From Roseibacillus sp. (GTDB lineage Bacteria > Verrucomicrobiota > Verrucomicrobiia > Verrucomicrobiales > Akkermansiaceae), in assembly GCA_051251855.1 (NCBI GenBank), contig JBPOGI010000001.1, positions 1,696,001 to 1,760,000 on the forward strand: a stretch of 64,000 nt of DNA, given 5' to 3'. The position numbers and the translations under genes were made by a program. The notes beneath the pieces were generated by a model. It made no database searches and was not told the DNA's origin. It was given only the letters and a program-made list of their open reading frames with translations. Shown piece by piece: positions 8,937-19,620 of the stretch; position 1 is the stretch's first letter, and each line of letters starts with the position of its first letter.

Positions 8937-11900
8937 GTGCACGCGCTCTACGTCGAAAAACGCCCCGAACACAATCAACCCGCTCAAACCCTTCTCTCCG
9001 ACCTGCGAGAGATCCTCAGCCTGCCCCAGTTGAGCGACCTCCGCCTGCTCCAGCGCTATTTTGCCGACGGTCTCAGCGACGAACATTTTCATCAAGCCAG
9101 CGAGCACATCCTCTCCGAACCCTTCACCGAAGAAACCTTCTCCCAACTCCCTGCCGCCGAACACACCTTCGCCATCGAATTCCTCCCTGGCCAATTCGAC
9201 CAACGCGCCGATTCCGCCGCCCAGTGCATCGCCATCCTCACCGGCCAAGAAGCCCCTCCCCTCACCTCAGCCCAAGTCTACCTCCTCCAAGGCGACCTCT
9301 CCGACGAACAACTCCAAGCAGTCAAAGACTACCTCATCAATCCCGTCGATTCTCACGAGGCCTCCCTCAACCTCCCTGCAACCCTCACCCCACCAGTCAA
9401 AGACCCCGCCGACGTCGCCACCCTCACCGGTTTCATCGCCAAGTCAGAGCCCGAACTCAGCGCCCTCCGCGCCGACCTTGGCCTTGCCATGACCCTCGCC
9501 GACCTCGCGCATACCCAGACCTACTTCCGCGATGAGGAAGACCGCGACCCCTCACTCACCGAGATTAAACTCCTCGACACCTACTGGTCGGATCACTGCC
9601 GCCACACCACCTTCCTCACCAAAATCGCCGAAGTTACCTTCGGCGAAAATACCGAGACCATCCAAGCCACCTACCGCAACTACCAAAACACCCGCGACGC
9701 TCTTTACGGCAAAGACACCCATCGCCCCGAGACCATGATGGACCTCGCCATCATCGCCGCCAAAGAACTCAAAAAATCAGGCGAGCTCGACAACCTCGAA
9801 CTCTCCGAGGAAATCAACGCCGCCTCCATCATCGTCGAAATCCCTCTCACCAAAGACGGACAAGAGAGCACCGAAGAATACCTCATCCAGTTCAAGAACG
9901 AGACCCACAACCACCCCACCGAAATCGAACCCTTCGGCGGAGCCGCCACCTGCCTCGGCGGCTGCATCCGCGACCCCCTCTCTGGCCGCGCCTACGTCTA
10001 TCAAGCCATGCGAGTCACCGGAGCCTGGGACCCTCGCACCCCTTTTTCAGAAACCCTCCCCAACAAACTCCCTCAGCGCAAAATCTGCCTCGAAGCCGCG
10101 CGCGGTTACTCCTCCTACGGCAACCAGATCGGACTTGCCACCGGCCAAGTTTCCGAAATCTATCACCCCGGCTACGTTGCTAAGCGCATGGAAATCGGTG
10201 CCGTCGTCGCCGCCTGCCCGCGCAGTCAAGTGCAACGCGGCAACCCCGCCCCCGGCGACATCATCCTCCTCATCGGCGGACGCACCGGACGCGATGGCGT
10301 CGGTGGAGCGACGGGTTCCTCCAAAGAACACACCGAGACAGCCCTCGAAAACTCCGCCGAAGTCCAAAAAGGCAACCCGCCTACCGAGCGCAAAGTGCAG
10401 CGCCTCTTCCGCAACCCCGAGCTTTCCTACAAAATTAAGCGCTGCAACGACTTCGGCGCTGGCGGAGTCTCCGTCGCCATTGGCGAACTCGCCGACAGCC
10501 TCGATATCGACCTCGATGCCGTCCCCAAGAAATACCAAGGCCTCGACGGCACCGAACTCGCCATCTCCGAATCCCAAGAACGCATGGCCGTCGTCGTCGA
10601 CCCCTCCGACGTCGCCTACTTCATCGCCGAGTCTGACAAAGAGAACCTCGAATGTGTCCAAGTGGCCATCGTCACCGACAACGGCCGCATGACCATGACT
10701 TGGCGAGGCCAAAAAATCGTCAACCTCACCCGCGACTTCATCGAAACCAACGGCGTCCAAGGCTCCGCCAAAATCCACATCAATTCCCCCACTAGTACCG
10801 TCACTGGGAGCGCTGGTCTGCGACTGGCCCCGCAACCCGATCAAAACCTCAAGCTCTCCCTCCTCGCTCACCTCTCTCTTCTCCATAACGCCTCCCAAAA
10901 AGGCCTCGGCGAGATGTTCGATTCCTCCATCGGCTCCGGCACCGTTCTCTCCCCCTTCGGCGGAAAAAATCAACTCACTCCGCCCGACTCCATGGTCGCC
11001 AAAGTCCCCGTTCTCGACGGCGAGACCGACGTCTGCACCCACATGTCTTGGGCCTTCGATCCCAATCTCAGTAGCGCCTCACCCTTCCACGGCAGCGTCC
11101 ACGCCGTCGCCGAATCCGTTTGCAAGCTCGTCGCCACCGGAGCCCGCCTCAGCGACACCCGCCTCACCTTTCAAGAATACTTCCCCAAGCTCGGAGACGA
11201 CCCCGCTCGCTGGGGCCTACCCTTCGCCGCCTTGTTAGGCGCATTCCACGCCCAACAAGGACTTCGCCTCGCCGCTATCGGAGGGAAAGACTCCATGTCC
11301 GGCTCCTTCAAGGACCTCGACGTCCCCCCCACTCTCGTTTCCTTCGCCCTCGCCCCCGGCAAAGCAAGTCAAGCACTCTCACCCGAGTTCAAAGCCGCAG
11401 GCTCTACCCTTAGCCTCGTCACCGCCCCCACCGACAGCGAAGGCCTACCCCTCTACCCCGAACTCCTCGCCCTCGCCGACCAACTGCACCAACTCACCTC
11501 CAGCGGACAAGTCCTCTCCCTCAAATACCTCGGCCAACCCGGTCTCGGCTACGCCCTCGCCCTGAGCACCCTCGGCAACACCATCGGAGCCAAAGTCTCC
11601 AACGGGTCAGACGTCCTCGCGCCCGCGCCCTACACCTTCCTCCTCGAAACTACCCCAGAAACCCAACTCCCCGAGAACTTCCAACTCATCGGCGAAACCA
11701 CCACCGAGGCCACCCTCGTCATCAACGACGACACCATTCCTCTCATCGAACTCGAAAGCGCCTACACCACCCCCCTTGAGTCCGTTTATCGCACCACTTC
11801 CACTCACCCCTCGGCCACCAGCGAAGCCACCGTTGCAGCGGTCACCCAAGACAGCCCCGCCAAAGCACCCGCCCTCCTCAGCACCAAACCGAAAGTCATC

Positions 11901-12662
11901 ATCCCCGTCTTCCCAGGCACCAACTGCGAATACGACACCGCCGCCGTGTTCGATCAAGCCGGCGCCGAATCCGAGGTCCTAGTCTTCCGCAACCTTACTC
12001 CCGAAGCCGTTGAAGATTCCCTCGCCGCTCTCGCTAATTCCATTCGCCAATCCCAAATCCTGATGCTCCCCGGCGGCTTCAGCTCCGGCGACGAACCAGA
12101 CGGCTCAGCCAAATTCATCGCCACCATTCTGCGCAACCCGCAAATCGCCGACGCCATCGCCGACCTCTATCAGACACGTCAAGGCCTTATCCTCGGCATC
12201 TGTAACGGCTTCCAAGCCCTCGTCAAATCCGGACTCCTCACCCCCGGCGGCTCAGCCACTCTCACCCACAACCCCATCGCACGTCACATCTCCACCTACG
12301 TCACCACCCGCATCGCCAACACCAATTCCCCTTGGCTTTCGAATAGCAGCGTAGGCGACCTCCACACCATTCCTGTCTCCCACGGCGAAGGCCGCTTCCT
12401 TGCTGACGAAGCCACCCTCTCCACCCTGATTGCCAATGGCCAAATCGCCACTCAATACACCGCACTCGACGGCACCCCCACCATGGCAGAGCCCTTCAAC
12501 CCCAATCGAAGCGACCTCGCCATCGAAGGCATCACCAGCCCCTGCGGCCGCATCTTTGGCAAAATGGGCCACACCGAACGCCGAGGCGACCATGTCGCCA
12601 AGAACATCCCCGGCACCAAGCACCAGCCCCTCTTCAAGGCGGGAGTCTCCTACTTTCAGTAA
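8937..12662 (+). CDS. purL: Phosphoribosylformylglycinamidine synthase (single-chain PurL with fused glutaminase)
   Basis: WSDHCRH, KNETHNHPTEIEPFGGA, DFGAGG, SESQERM, PGTNCE, LGICNGFQ, SHGEGRF, MGHTER. Confidence 0.96.
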   Translation: MHALYVEKRPEHNQPAQTLLSDLREILSLPQLSDLRLLQRYFADGLSDEHFHQASEHILSEPFTEETFSQLPAAEHTFAIEFLPGQFDQRADSAAQCIAILTGQEAPPLTSAQVYLLQGDLSDEQLQAVKDYLINPVDSHEASLNLPATLTPPVKDPADVATLTGFIAKSEPELSALRADLGLAMTLADLAHTQTYFRDEEDRDPSLTEIKLLDTYWSDHCRHTTFLTKIAEVTFGENTETIQATYRNYQNTRDALYGKDTHRPETMMDLAIIAAKELKKSGELDNLELSEEINAASIIVEIPLTKDGQESTEEYLIQFKNETHNHPTEIEPFGGAATCLGGCIRDPLSGRAYVYQAMRVTGAWDPRTPFSETLPNKLPQRKICLEAARGYSSYGNQIGLATGQVSEIYHPGYVAKRMEIGAVVAACPRSQVQRGNPAPGDIILLIGGRTGRDGVGGATGSSKEHTETALENSAEVQKGNPPTERKVQRLFRNPELSYKIKRCNDFGAGGVSVAIGELADSLDIDLDAVPKKYQGLDGTELAISESQERMAVVVDPSDVAYFIAESDKENLECVQVAIVTDNGRMTMTWRGQKIVNLTRDFIETNGVQGSAKIHINSPTSTVTGSAGLRLAPQPDQNLKLSLLAHLSLLHNASQKGLGEMFDSSIGSGTVLSPFGGKNQLTPPDSMVAKVPVLDGETDVCTHMSWAFDPNLSSASPFHGSVHAVAESVCKLVATGARLSDTRLTFQEYFPKLGDDPARWGLPFAALLGAFHAQQGLRLAAIGGKDSMSGSFKDLDVPPTLVSFALAPGKASQALSPEFKAAGSTLSLVTAPTDSEGLPLYPELLALADQLHQLTSSGQVLSLKYLGQPGLGYALALSTLGNTIGAKVSNGSDVLAPAPYTFLLETTPETQLPENFQLIGETTTEATLVINDDTIPLIELESAYTTPLESVYRTTSTHPSATSEATVAAVTQDSPAKAPALLSTKPKVIIPVFPGTNCEYDTAAVFDQAGAESEVLVFRNLTPEAVEDSLAALANSIRQSQILMLPGGFSSGDEPDGSAKFIATILRNPQIADAIADLYQTRQGLILGICNGFQALVKSGLLTPGGSATLTHNPIARHISTYVTTRIANTNSPWLSNSSVGDLHTIPVSHGEGRFLADEATLSTLIANGQIATQYTALDGTPTMAEPFNPNRSDLAIEGITSPCGRIFGKMGHTERRGDHVAKNIPGTKHQPLFKAGVSYFQ

Positions 12663-12668
12663 GGCCCC

Positions 12669-13136
12669 ATGCCCTCTCTCATCGTCTTTGACCTCGATCT
12701 CACTCTCTGGCATTGCGGCCCCCTCCTTTGGTGCGACCAACTCATGCCACCCCTCAAACTCAGTGAGGAAAAACAAGTCCTTGATGCCGATGGAGTAAAA
12801 GTCTCCCTCTTCCATGAAGTTCCAGACCTCCTAAACGAGCTCGCTGACACCGGAATTCCCATGGCTGTCGCTTCCCGCACCAGCGCACCAAAAATTGCCC
12901 GACAACTCCTCGAACTCTTCAAAATTGCCCATCACTTCGAGCACCAAGAAATCTATCCCGGCGACAAGACAGCCCACTTTGCAGCCCTCCAAAAAGCGAC
13001 TGGCCTGCCCTATTCCGAAATGACCTTCTTCGATGACGAACTTCGCAATATCGAAGACGTCTCATCTCTCGGTGTTCAATGCCATCTCGTCACCATCGGC
13101 ATCAGTCGCCAAATGCTCCGAAACCTCGCCCACTGA
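12669..13136 (+). CDS. Magnesium-dependent phosphatase-1 (HAD IIIC)
   Basis: VFDLDLTLW, ASRT, EIYPGDK..HF, FFDDE.RNI. Confidence 0.85.
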   Translation: MPSLIVFDLDLTLWHCGPLLWCDQLMPPLKLSEEKQVLDADGVKVSLFHEVPDLLNELADTGIPMAVASRTSAPKIARQLLELFKIAHHFEHQEIYPGDKTAHFAALQKATGLPYSEMTFFDDELRNIEDVSSLGVQCHLVTIGISRQMLRNLAH

Positions 13137-13145
13137 GCGACCTCC

Positions 13146-14276
13146 TTAAGGCTTGTTGATAGAGAAAAAAACCGCTTCCGATGCTTTGTTCAGATCGGCG
13201 TCAGAAAAGCTCGGCAAAGGAGAGCTACGTTTTTCCGATTTCTTTTTGTCAGAGGCTATTTGTGAATGCTTCCATTGGCGAAGTGGTGCCTGCTGGTAGG
13301 TGAGAAAACTAAATAGGGCCGAATCATAGAGATAATCGTCTAACGTCATGCTGAAATACCAAATAAGCCTCTCCATCGTCTCTATGCTATTCTCAATAGT
13401 ACTTTCGGTATAAAGCGTTGGAACAACCGCTAATTCAGGCGCACTGCAGAGGGCTTCGTCCATCGGCACAACAATCCACTTATCGACCGATCTTCTTAGC
13501 AAATCATCAAATATTTTTTCACATTCCTCGGGAGTTCGAGTCCACTCAACAGTCCTCGCTTCTTCGCCTTGATCGGAAGTATATACGGTCATCCCATTAA
13601 TCGAAAGGGTAGAACGACTGCCTTTTCTCCCCCCTCTCTTTCGAGTCCGGTAAACCACATCCTGCCATGGAAGCTTTGGATAGACCAACAAGAGCGTTAC
13701 TCCACTCGACTTCGCTGAATTTTCGTGAAGGCTCATCAGCCTCTCAAACCTCCTGTGAGCATCTTCGTCCTGATAAGGCAGCGCTGACGGGTCCAAAAGA
13801 AAGTAGCGCTCAAATTCATCATACTTCTCATTCATCAATGACTTGTGAATCAAGTCTACATTCTCGATATCCCTTAGAGACTCTCTCGGAAAGAAGGTGA
13901 GCAAATCGATTTCATATCCCGAGAGCCTTGCAAATTCGGGCACGGTCCAGCCAAGAGCCTTTGGGAAAACTCGTCTCGTCTTGTCTTCTCTTAATCTCCG
14001 CTGGCTTGTTGCAATCACAACTGAACTCTTCTGCAAATGAGCGTCCATCGCGTAACTTCTGTCCGCCGGAGAAAGCGAACGAATGGGAACGCTCAACTTC
14101 TCTCCCTCGTTCGTATGAATTAAAACAGTCTGAGCTTTAACGCCGCCGAGAGTTCCTGTGATCGAAGTTCCAGCGGCTGAAGTCCAAATTCTCTCCGACG
14201 GCTTTTCTAACTCCTCGCCAACGAGTCCTTCACTACAAATTCCAACCATCAACAAAGCTATCAAACACCGTCTCAT
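13146..14276 (-). CDS. Secreted hypothetical protein with SHD1-like N-domain
   Basis: Signal peptide; RIWTSAAG..I.G...VPI.SLS.AD..Y. Confidence 0.65.
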   Translation of the reverse strand: MRRCLIALLMVGICSEGLVGEELEKPSERIWTSAAGTSITGTLGGVKAQTVLIHTNEGEKLSVPIRSLSPADRSYAMDAHLQKSSVVIATSQRRLREDKTRRVFPKALGWTVPEFARLSGYEIDLLTFFPRESLRDIENVDLIHKSLMNEKYDEFERYFLLDPSALPYQDEDAHRRFERLMSLHENSAKSSGVTLLLVYPKLPWQDVVYRTRKRGGRKGSRSTLSINGMTVYTSDQGEEARTVEWTRTPEECEKIFDDLLRRSVDKWIVVPMDEALCSAPELAVVPTLYTESTIENSIETMERLIWYFSMTLDDYLYDSALFSFLTYQQAPLRQWKHSQIASDKKKSEKRSSPLPSFSDADLNKASEAVFFSINKP

Positions 14277-14378
14277 AACAACCTAATATTTTAATTCCTA
14301 GAGTCAGTGAAAACCAAGGTTAAAAATGCGCGAGAAAGACACAAACACTCCACGCCTTTAGACTAGGCCTTTCAAAAC

Positions 14379-14732
14379 TTACAAAGGACTATCCGCAATC
14401 GGAACCGGAATGGCCTCACAATACTTTTTCCACCCCTTGAAGTTCCACTCATTCGGAAAGCCTGCGCACTGCTTTGGCTTCACCTCCTGCAACGAGCAAT
14501 CTTCTCCCTCTAACCACACACAGGAATGGTCAGGGTTTTCCATCAGCGAAAGGTGCTTTCGATTCTCACTGAGGTGAGTGTGTTCTTCAATAAAGTCTTC
14601 AATCCCCATCCCTAAAAAGGCAGCAATCTTCTCAGGCTCACCCTCTTCAAGAATGACATCACCTGGCCACTTGCAGCAGGCCGTGCATCTCTGACAGACG
14701 TAGTAGACGCCTTTATGGGTCGCAGCAGCCAT
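14379..14732 (-). CDS. YkgJ family Fe-S/Zn cysteine-cluster protein
   Basis: CQRCTACC...C.WL...C....KP.QC..FP. Confidence 0.85.
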   Translation of the reverse strand: MAAATHKGVYYVCQRCTACCKWPGDVILEEGEPEKIAAFLGMGIEDFIEEHTHLSENRKHLSLMENPDHSCVWLEGEDCSLQEVKPKQCAGFPNEWNFKGWKKYCEAIPVPIADSPL

Positions 14733-14747
14733 CGCGTTTGCAGACGA

Positions 14748-15515
14748 CTATCGACGAGCGTAGGCCGAGCTCCCATTCACCTGACGATAATAGCGATCAA
14801 CTTTCGCCAAGAAAGCCTGCCACTTCACGCCAGGCTTACCGTTTGTCATCAGGAAGTGAGGACAATTTTTGTTGGGAGGATTCTTACCCCAACGTGGCCA
14901 GTGATAATGAGGAACAACGCGAGAAAGTGGGATATCATGCTTCACCATCAGGTAGGCTGCCAATTTCGCCGACCGATCCATGGTCGAGGTCTTGCTGCAA
15001 CCAGGGTGTTCGCACATCTCGATACCAATACTGTATTTGTTTCCGGGTCCATTGTGATCGGCGTGGTTTCCTTGCTCAGTAGTGGGCAGATGCTGCACCG
15101 CTTGACGGTCATCCGTGGTGTAATGCCAAGAAATCCGGCCCAACTTACTATTTTTCAGCGCCAAAGCGTGACGATTGGAGTCCGCGCCCTTTGACCAGTT
15201 CTGCGTGCTGTGAATCGTAATATAACGCGGGGTCATCGAGCGGCCCGTTCTGCCGCGAGCGCTACGTGAGATAATGTCCTGCTTCAATCGCACCTCGGAT
15301 AAGAGAGAACGCGTGCTTCGCGCATTCGAAGAGCCTGAGCTGGAGCTGACGTAGGTGGGATAGGTATTCTTCGTCGTATAGCCACTGGAACCTCGATAAA
15401 AGGAGTCCGGACGTTGATTTTGAATCGCAATGACTTCGGACTTCTTTTTACCGCCGCAGCCGGTGAAAGAAAGACCGATAAGCGGGACACTGAGGAGGAG
15501 GAAAAATCGATTCAT
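14748..15515 (-). CDS. N-acetylmuramoyl-L-alanine amidase (Amidase_2) lipoprotein
   Basis: Lipobox FTGC; ITIHST, SWHY, GN..SIGIEMC, VVPH, KNCP. Confidence 0.88.
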   Translation of the reverse strand: MNRFFLLLSVPLIGLSFTGCGGKKKSEVIAIQNQRPDSFYRGSSGYTTKNTYPTYVSSSSGSSNARSTRSLLSEVRLKQDIISRSARGRTGRSMTPRYITIHSTQNWSKGADSNRHALALKNSKLGRISWHYTTDDRQAVQHLPTTEQGNHADHNGPGNKYSIGIEMCEHPGCSKTSTMDRSAKLAAYLMVKHDIPLSRVVPHYHWPRWGKNPPNKNCPHFLMTNGKPGVKWQAFLAKVDRYYRQVNGSSAYARR

Positions 15516-15613
15516 TATAGGCAAGTGAGTCGGTGAAGCGCTAATATTATTCAATTTATCTCAAAAGTGAAGTTAGCATTGCGTGTTTATTTGACGCGAC
15601 GATACTGCTCTAA

Positions 15614-18600
15614 ATGCCGAACGGTGACGCTTTCGTCTCCCAAATCCTCGACTCCCTCCCCCCCCAATCCAGCCCATCTACGGGGCAAATCTGGGGCCCA
15701 GTCGAAGAATGCGCGCGTACTTTTGTCGCCGCCAGCCTCGCTCTCAGCCAACAAAAGACGGGCTCGCGACTCTGGATCGAAGTCCCTAACCCGCGAAAAC
15801 GCAATCAGTTGGAAGAAGAACTCTCTTCCTTTCCGGGCCCTCCCCCCATCGTCATTCCTGCTCCCGAACTTCAAAATGAGACCAATATCGGCCCCGGTGG
15901 AGATTGGCAGCTCGCCCTCCATCAACTTGCCGCCGATACCCAAAACTCCCCCGTTCTTCTCTCTTCTTCCGCCTGGACCGCTGCCGCCCCCAAAGCTGAC
16001 ACTCTTCGCGAAGCGGCCCTTGAGCTCTACCCCGACCTTACTCTCGAGCCCGCTGACCTCGAAGCCCAACTTCTCGCCCAAGACTTCGAAAAAGTCCCCA
16101 AAGTCCACGCCCGACTCCAATTCGCCCGTCGCGGTGGCATCTTGGACCTCTTTCCCGCTAACACCACCCACCCCATCCGCCTCGAGTTCTTCGACGACAC
16201 CCTCGAGTCCCTGCGCGAGTTCGACATCCACAGCCAAACCACCATCAAGCGTCTCGACCATGTCCGCCTCCAACTGACTTCCCCCGAGAGCGATACCGTG
16301 CTCCGTGACTGGATGGCCAAAGACGATCTCGTTCTGACCTTCGAGGAAGACGAGGAACCTACTCCTAACACTCCCGCACATCTCCGACTCAGCGACGAAC
16401 CCACCGGACACGACCTCGAGTTCCCCGCCCTCGCGCTCCCTATTGCTACCCTCGATTCCGGCGACTTCGTGATGCACGACTTCCAACGCGATGCCGTCTT
16501 GCGCCAAATGAATGACTGGCTCCAGCAGGGGTGGACCGTCTTGCTCTCCTCCTCTAACAAGGGCGAGCATCACCGCTTCCACGAGCTCTCTAACAAGCGT
16601 TTCGAAAAAGAGAAAAACGTTCTCACTTGGAATCAATGGCTTCCCCGCGGCTTTATCCTTCCCGATAAAAAAACCGCCTTCATCTCCCTCTCTGAACTCT
16701 TCGGCCGCTTCAACAAACCCGCCCGCCTCTCCGAACTCGACAAACAACGCTCCCACACCACTCGCCTCGAAGTGGAAGAACTCCGCGAAGAGGAACTCGT
16801 CATCCACGCCGAATACGGGCTCGGCCGCTTCGAAGGCATCCAATACGACGACGAGGGACGCGAAGAGCTTATCCTCCGCTACCGCAACGAATCCTCGGTC
16901 GCAGTCCCTCTCTCTCACGCTCACCTCGTCTCCCGCTACATCGGCACCGGAGGGGCCACCCCCGATCTCTCCAAACTCGGATCGGAAAAGTGGAAAAAGA
17001 CACGCGTCCAAGCCGAGAAGGCCATCCGCGACTACGCCGCCCGCCTCCTCAAGATTCAAGCCGAGCGCGAAACCGTCTCCGGCCACACCCACCCTCCCGA
17101 TTCCAAGTGGATGTGGGACTTCGAGAACGCCTTCCCCTACACCGAGACCCCCGATCAGCTCAGCTCCATCTCCGCGACCAAGGCCGATATGGAGTCCTCC
17201 CAACCCATGGACCGCCTCATCTGTGGCGACGTCGGATTCGGAAAAACCGAGGTCGCTATTCGCGCCGCCTTCAAGGCCGTCACCGGTGGCAGCCAAGTCG
17301 CCATGCTTTGCCCCACCACCGTCCTCGCCGAGCAACACCACCGCAACTTCTGCGCCCGGATGTCGGAGTTCCCCATCACCATCCACCTCCTCAACCGCTT
17401 CCGCACCGCCGCCGAAGTCCGCGAGACCCTCAAAGGCCTCGCCGACGGCTCCGTCGATATCGTGATCGGCACCCACCGTCTCCTTTCTCCCGACCTCGCC
17501 TACCAAAACCTCGGCCTCGTCGTCGTCGACGAAGAACAACGCTTTGGAGTCAAACACAAGGAAGCCCTCAAAGAACGCTTCCGCCAAATCGACGTCCTCA
17601 CCCTTTCCGCCACCCCCATCCCGCGCACCCTCTACTTCTCCCTCATGGGTGTGCGCGACATGTCCACCATCGACACCGCGCCACCCAATCGCAATCCCGT
17701 CAAAACCGAAATCCATCAATACGACGAGCGCCTCATCAAAAAGGCCATCGAAAATGAACTCGCCCGTGGCGGCCAGGTCTTCTTCCTCCACAACCGCGTC
17801 GGCACTATCGAAGTCCTCCGCGACCGCATCCAAGAACTCGTCCCCAAAGCCAAAATTGTCGTCGGTCACGGCCAAATGGAAAAGGACGAGCTCGAAATCG
17901 TGATGCACAAGTTCGTCGAGGGCGAAGCCGACATCCTCCTCGCCACCACCATCATCGAGAGCGGCATCGACATCCCCAACGCCAACACCATCCTCATCGA
18001 CCGCGCGGATCGCTTTGGCCTCGCCGACCTCTACCAGCTCCGCGGCCGCGTCGGACGCTCCGACCGCCAAGCCTACGCCTTCCTCTTTCTCCCCCGCGAC
18101 GCCGTCACCGGAGGGGACTCCCGCAAGCGTCTCAACGCCATCCGCCAATACACCGCCCTCGGCAGCGGCTTTCGCATCGCCATGCGCGACCTCGAGATTC
18201 GCGGTGCCGGCTCCCTCCTCGGCACCAAACAATCCGGTCACATGGCCGCCATCGGCTTCGACCTCTACTGCCAACTTCTCCGTCAATCGGTAGAAGAACT
18301 CCAAGGCAAAAAGCACACCCGCCCCGCCGACCTCGTCCTCCGCGCCGACATCCTCTCTTTCACCGAAGGCCGTCACGACAAAGGACAGCTCCCCGCCTAC
18401 CTCCCCGCCGCTTTCATTCCCGAAGCCAAAGAACGCGTCGCCGCCTACCGCGCCCTTGCCACCCTCGGCAATCCCGCCGAACTCAAAGCCCTCGGCGACC
18501 AATGGCGCGACCGCTATGGCCGGCTACCCAAACCCGCCAAAAACCTCCTCCTCTCCACCCGACTTCGCCTCGCCGGAGCCTCCATTGGAGCGGACTTGTT

Positions 18601-18733
18601 AGAAATCAAAGAAAAACGCCTCATCATTCAAAAGAACGGCGGCTACCTCGCCGGCAACACCTTCCCCCGCCTCCACGCCAAGTCCCCCGAAAAACAAATC
18701 GAAGAAGCCATCTCACTTCTCGAAAACTTCTAA
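15614..18733 (+). CDS. mfd: Transcription-repair coupling factor
   Basis: RGGILDLF, CarD-like domain, [32 protein letters not shown]-like [29 protein letters not shown] tail. Confidence 0.96.
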   Translation: MPNGDAFVSQILDSLPPQSSPSTGQIWGPVEECARTFVAASLALSQQKTGSRLWIEVPNPRKRNQLEEELSSFPGPPPIVIPAPELQNETNIGPGGDWQLALHQLAADTQNSPVLLSSSAWTAAAPKADTLREAALELYPDLTLEPADLEAQLLAQDFEKVPKVHARLQFARRGGILDLFPANTTHPIRLEFFDDTLESLREFDIHSQTTIKRLDHVRLQLTSPESDTVLRDWMAKDDLVLTFEEDEEPTPNTPAHLRLSDEPTGHDLEFPALALPIATLDSGDFVMHDFQRDAVLRQMNDWLQQGWTVLLSSSNKGEHHRFHELSNKRFEKEKNVLTWNQWLPRGFILPDKKTAFISLSELFGRFNKPARLSELDKQRSHTTRLEVEELREEELVIHAEYGLGRFEGIQYDDEGREELILRYRNESSVAVPLSHAHLVSRYIGTGGATPDLSKLGSEKWKKTRVQAEKAIRDYAARLLKIQAERETVSGHTHPPDSKWMWDFENAFPYTETPDQLSSISATKADMESSQPMDRLICGDVGFGKTEVAIRAAFKAVTGGSQVAMLCPTTVLAEQHHRNFCARMSEFPITIHLLNRFRTAAEVRETLKGLADGSVDIVIGTHRLLSPDLAYQNLGLVVVDEEQRFGVKHKEALKERFRQIDVLTLSATPIPRTLYFSLMGVRDMSTIDTAPPNRNPVKTEIHQYDERLIKKAIENELARGGQVFFLHNRVGTIEVLRDRIQELVPKAKIVVGHGQMEKDELEIVMHKFVEGEADILLATTIIESGIDIPNANTILIDRADRFGLADLYQLRGRVGRSDRQAYAFLFLPRDAVTGGDSRKRLNAIRQYTALGSGFRIAMRDLEIRGAGSLLGTKQSGHMAAIGFDLYCQLLRQSVEELQGKKHTRPADLVLRADILSFTEGRHDKGQLPAYLPAAFIPEAKERVAAYRALATLGNPAELKALGDQWRDRYGRLPKPAKNLLLSTRLRLAGASIGADLLEIKEKRLIIQKNGGYLAGNTFPRLHAKSPEKQIEEAISLLENF

Positions 18734-18813
18734 GAAAATAGGATTCATCAGGCTTCAGTTCCACCTTCGGTCCGAACCTCGTTAAAGAGGAAACCGAACC
18801 CTATCTCGTGGGG

Positions 18814-19518
18814 CTAGCTCGCCTCTTCAATCCGTCGGAGCACCTCTTGGTAACCTTCCATCACACCCCCAAGGTCTTGCCGGAAGCGATCCTTATCGAG
18901 CTTCTCTCCCGTCTTGGCATCCCAGAGACGGCAAGTGTCAGGACTCACCTCGTCGGCGAGAACGATTTCTCCGGAACTTAAGCGCCCAAATTCAATCTTA
19001 AAGTCGATCAACCGAAGCCCTGTCTTCAAGAAAAAGTCTTTGAGCACCTCGTTCACCACGAGTGCCTGCTTTTTCAAAAGAGCGCACTCTTCCTCAGTGG
19101 CGAGCCCCATTTCGCGGGCATAATCATCGTTGATGAGCGGATCTCCCAGCTCATCCGACTTGTAGCTGAACTCTACGATGGGCGTCTTGAACAAAGTGCC
19201 CTCTGCCACTCCGGTGCGCTTACTGAAGCTACCAGCCGCGACGTTGCGCACAATCACTTCCACCATCAGAATCTCGACCTTTTTCACCATCAAATTGATG
19301 ACATCCTTGTCGGCCGCCAAGTGGGTCTTAACTCCCTTATCCTCAAGCATTCGGTAGAGAAGCAGCGTAATCGCTTTATTGAGCTGTCCTTTGCTCTCGA
19401 AAACCGCCTTTTTCTCGGCATTGAAGGCGGTGGCCTCATCCTTGAACTCCATCCGTAGGATTTCAGGGTCATCTGTGGTGTAGAGGCGCTTCGCTTTGCC
19501 TTCGTAAAGTGGTTCCAT
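18814..19518 (-). CDS. purC: SAICAR synthase
   Basis: LYEGKAK, EVIVRN.AAGS, DFKIEFG, LADEVSPDTCRLWD, DKDRFR. Confidence 0.96.
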   Translation of the reverse strand: MEPLYEGKAKRLYTTDDPEILRMEFKDEATAFNAEKKAVFESKGQLNKAITLLLYRMLEDKGVKTHLAADKDVINLMVKKVEILMVEVIVRNVAAGSFSKRTGVAEGTLFKTPIVEFSYKSDELGDPLINDDYAREMGLATEEECALLKKQALVVNEVLKDFFLKTGLRLIDFKIEFGRLSSGEIVLADEVSPDTCRLWDAKTGEKLDKDRFRQDLGGVMEGYQEVLRRIEEAS

Positions 19519-19620
19519 CCCCTTTGCTAATGCCCCGAGGGCTGCGCGGGAAGCCCGAAATCTGTTCCATGACCCAAACCTGCCTTTTCCCTTCTGCACC
19601 TAAGGCCCATAACTGCCTAC

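Noticed and set aside
15587..18502. 971-aa antisense ORF
   Set aside because: Shadow of mfd caused by C-ending codon bias; no recognisable motifs
18757..18800. Nested hairpin between mfd and purC
   Set aside because: Probably just a termination structure between convergent genes; no U-tract or second copy to support more
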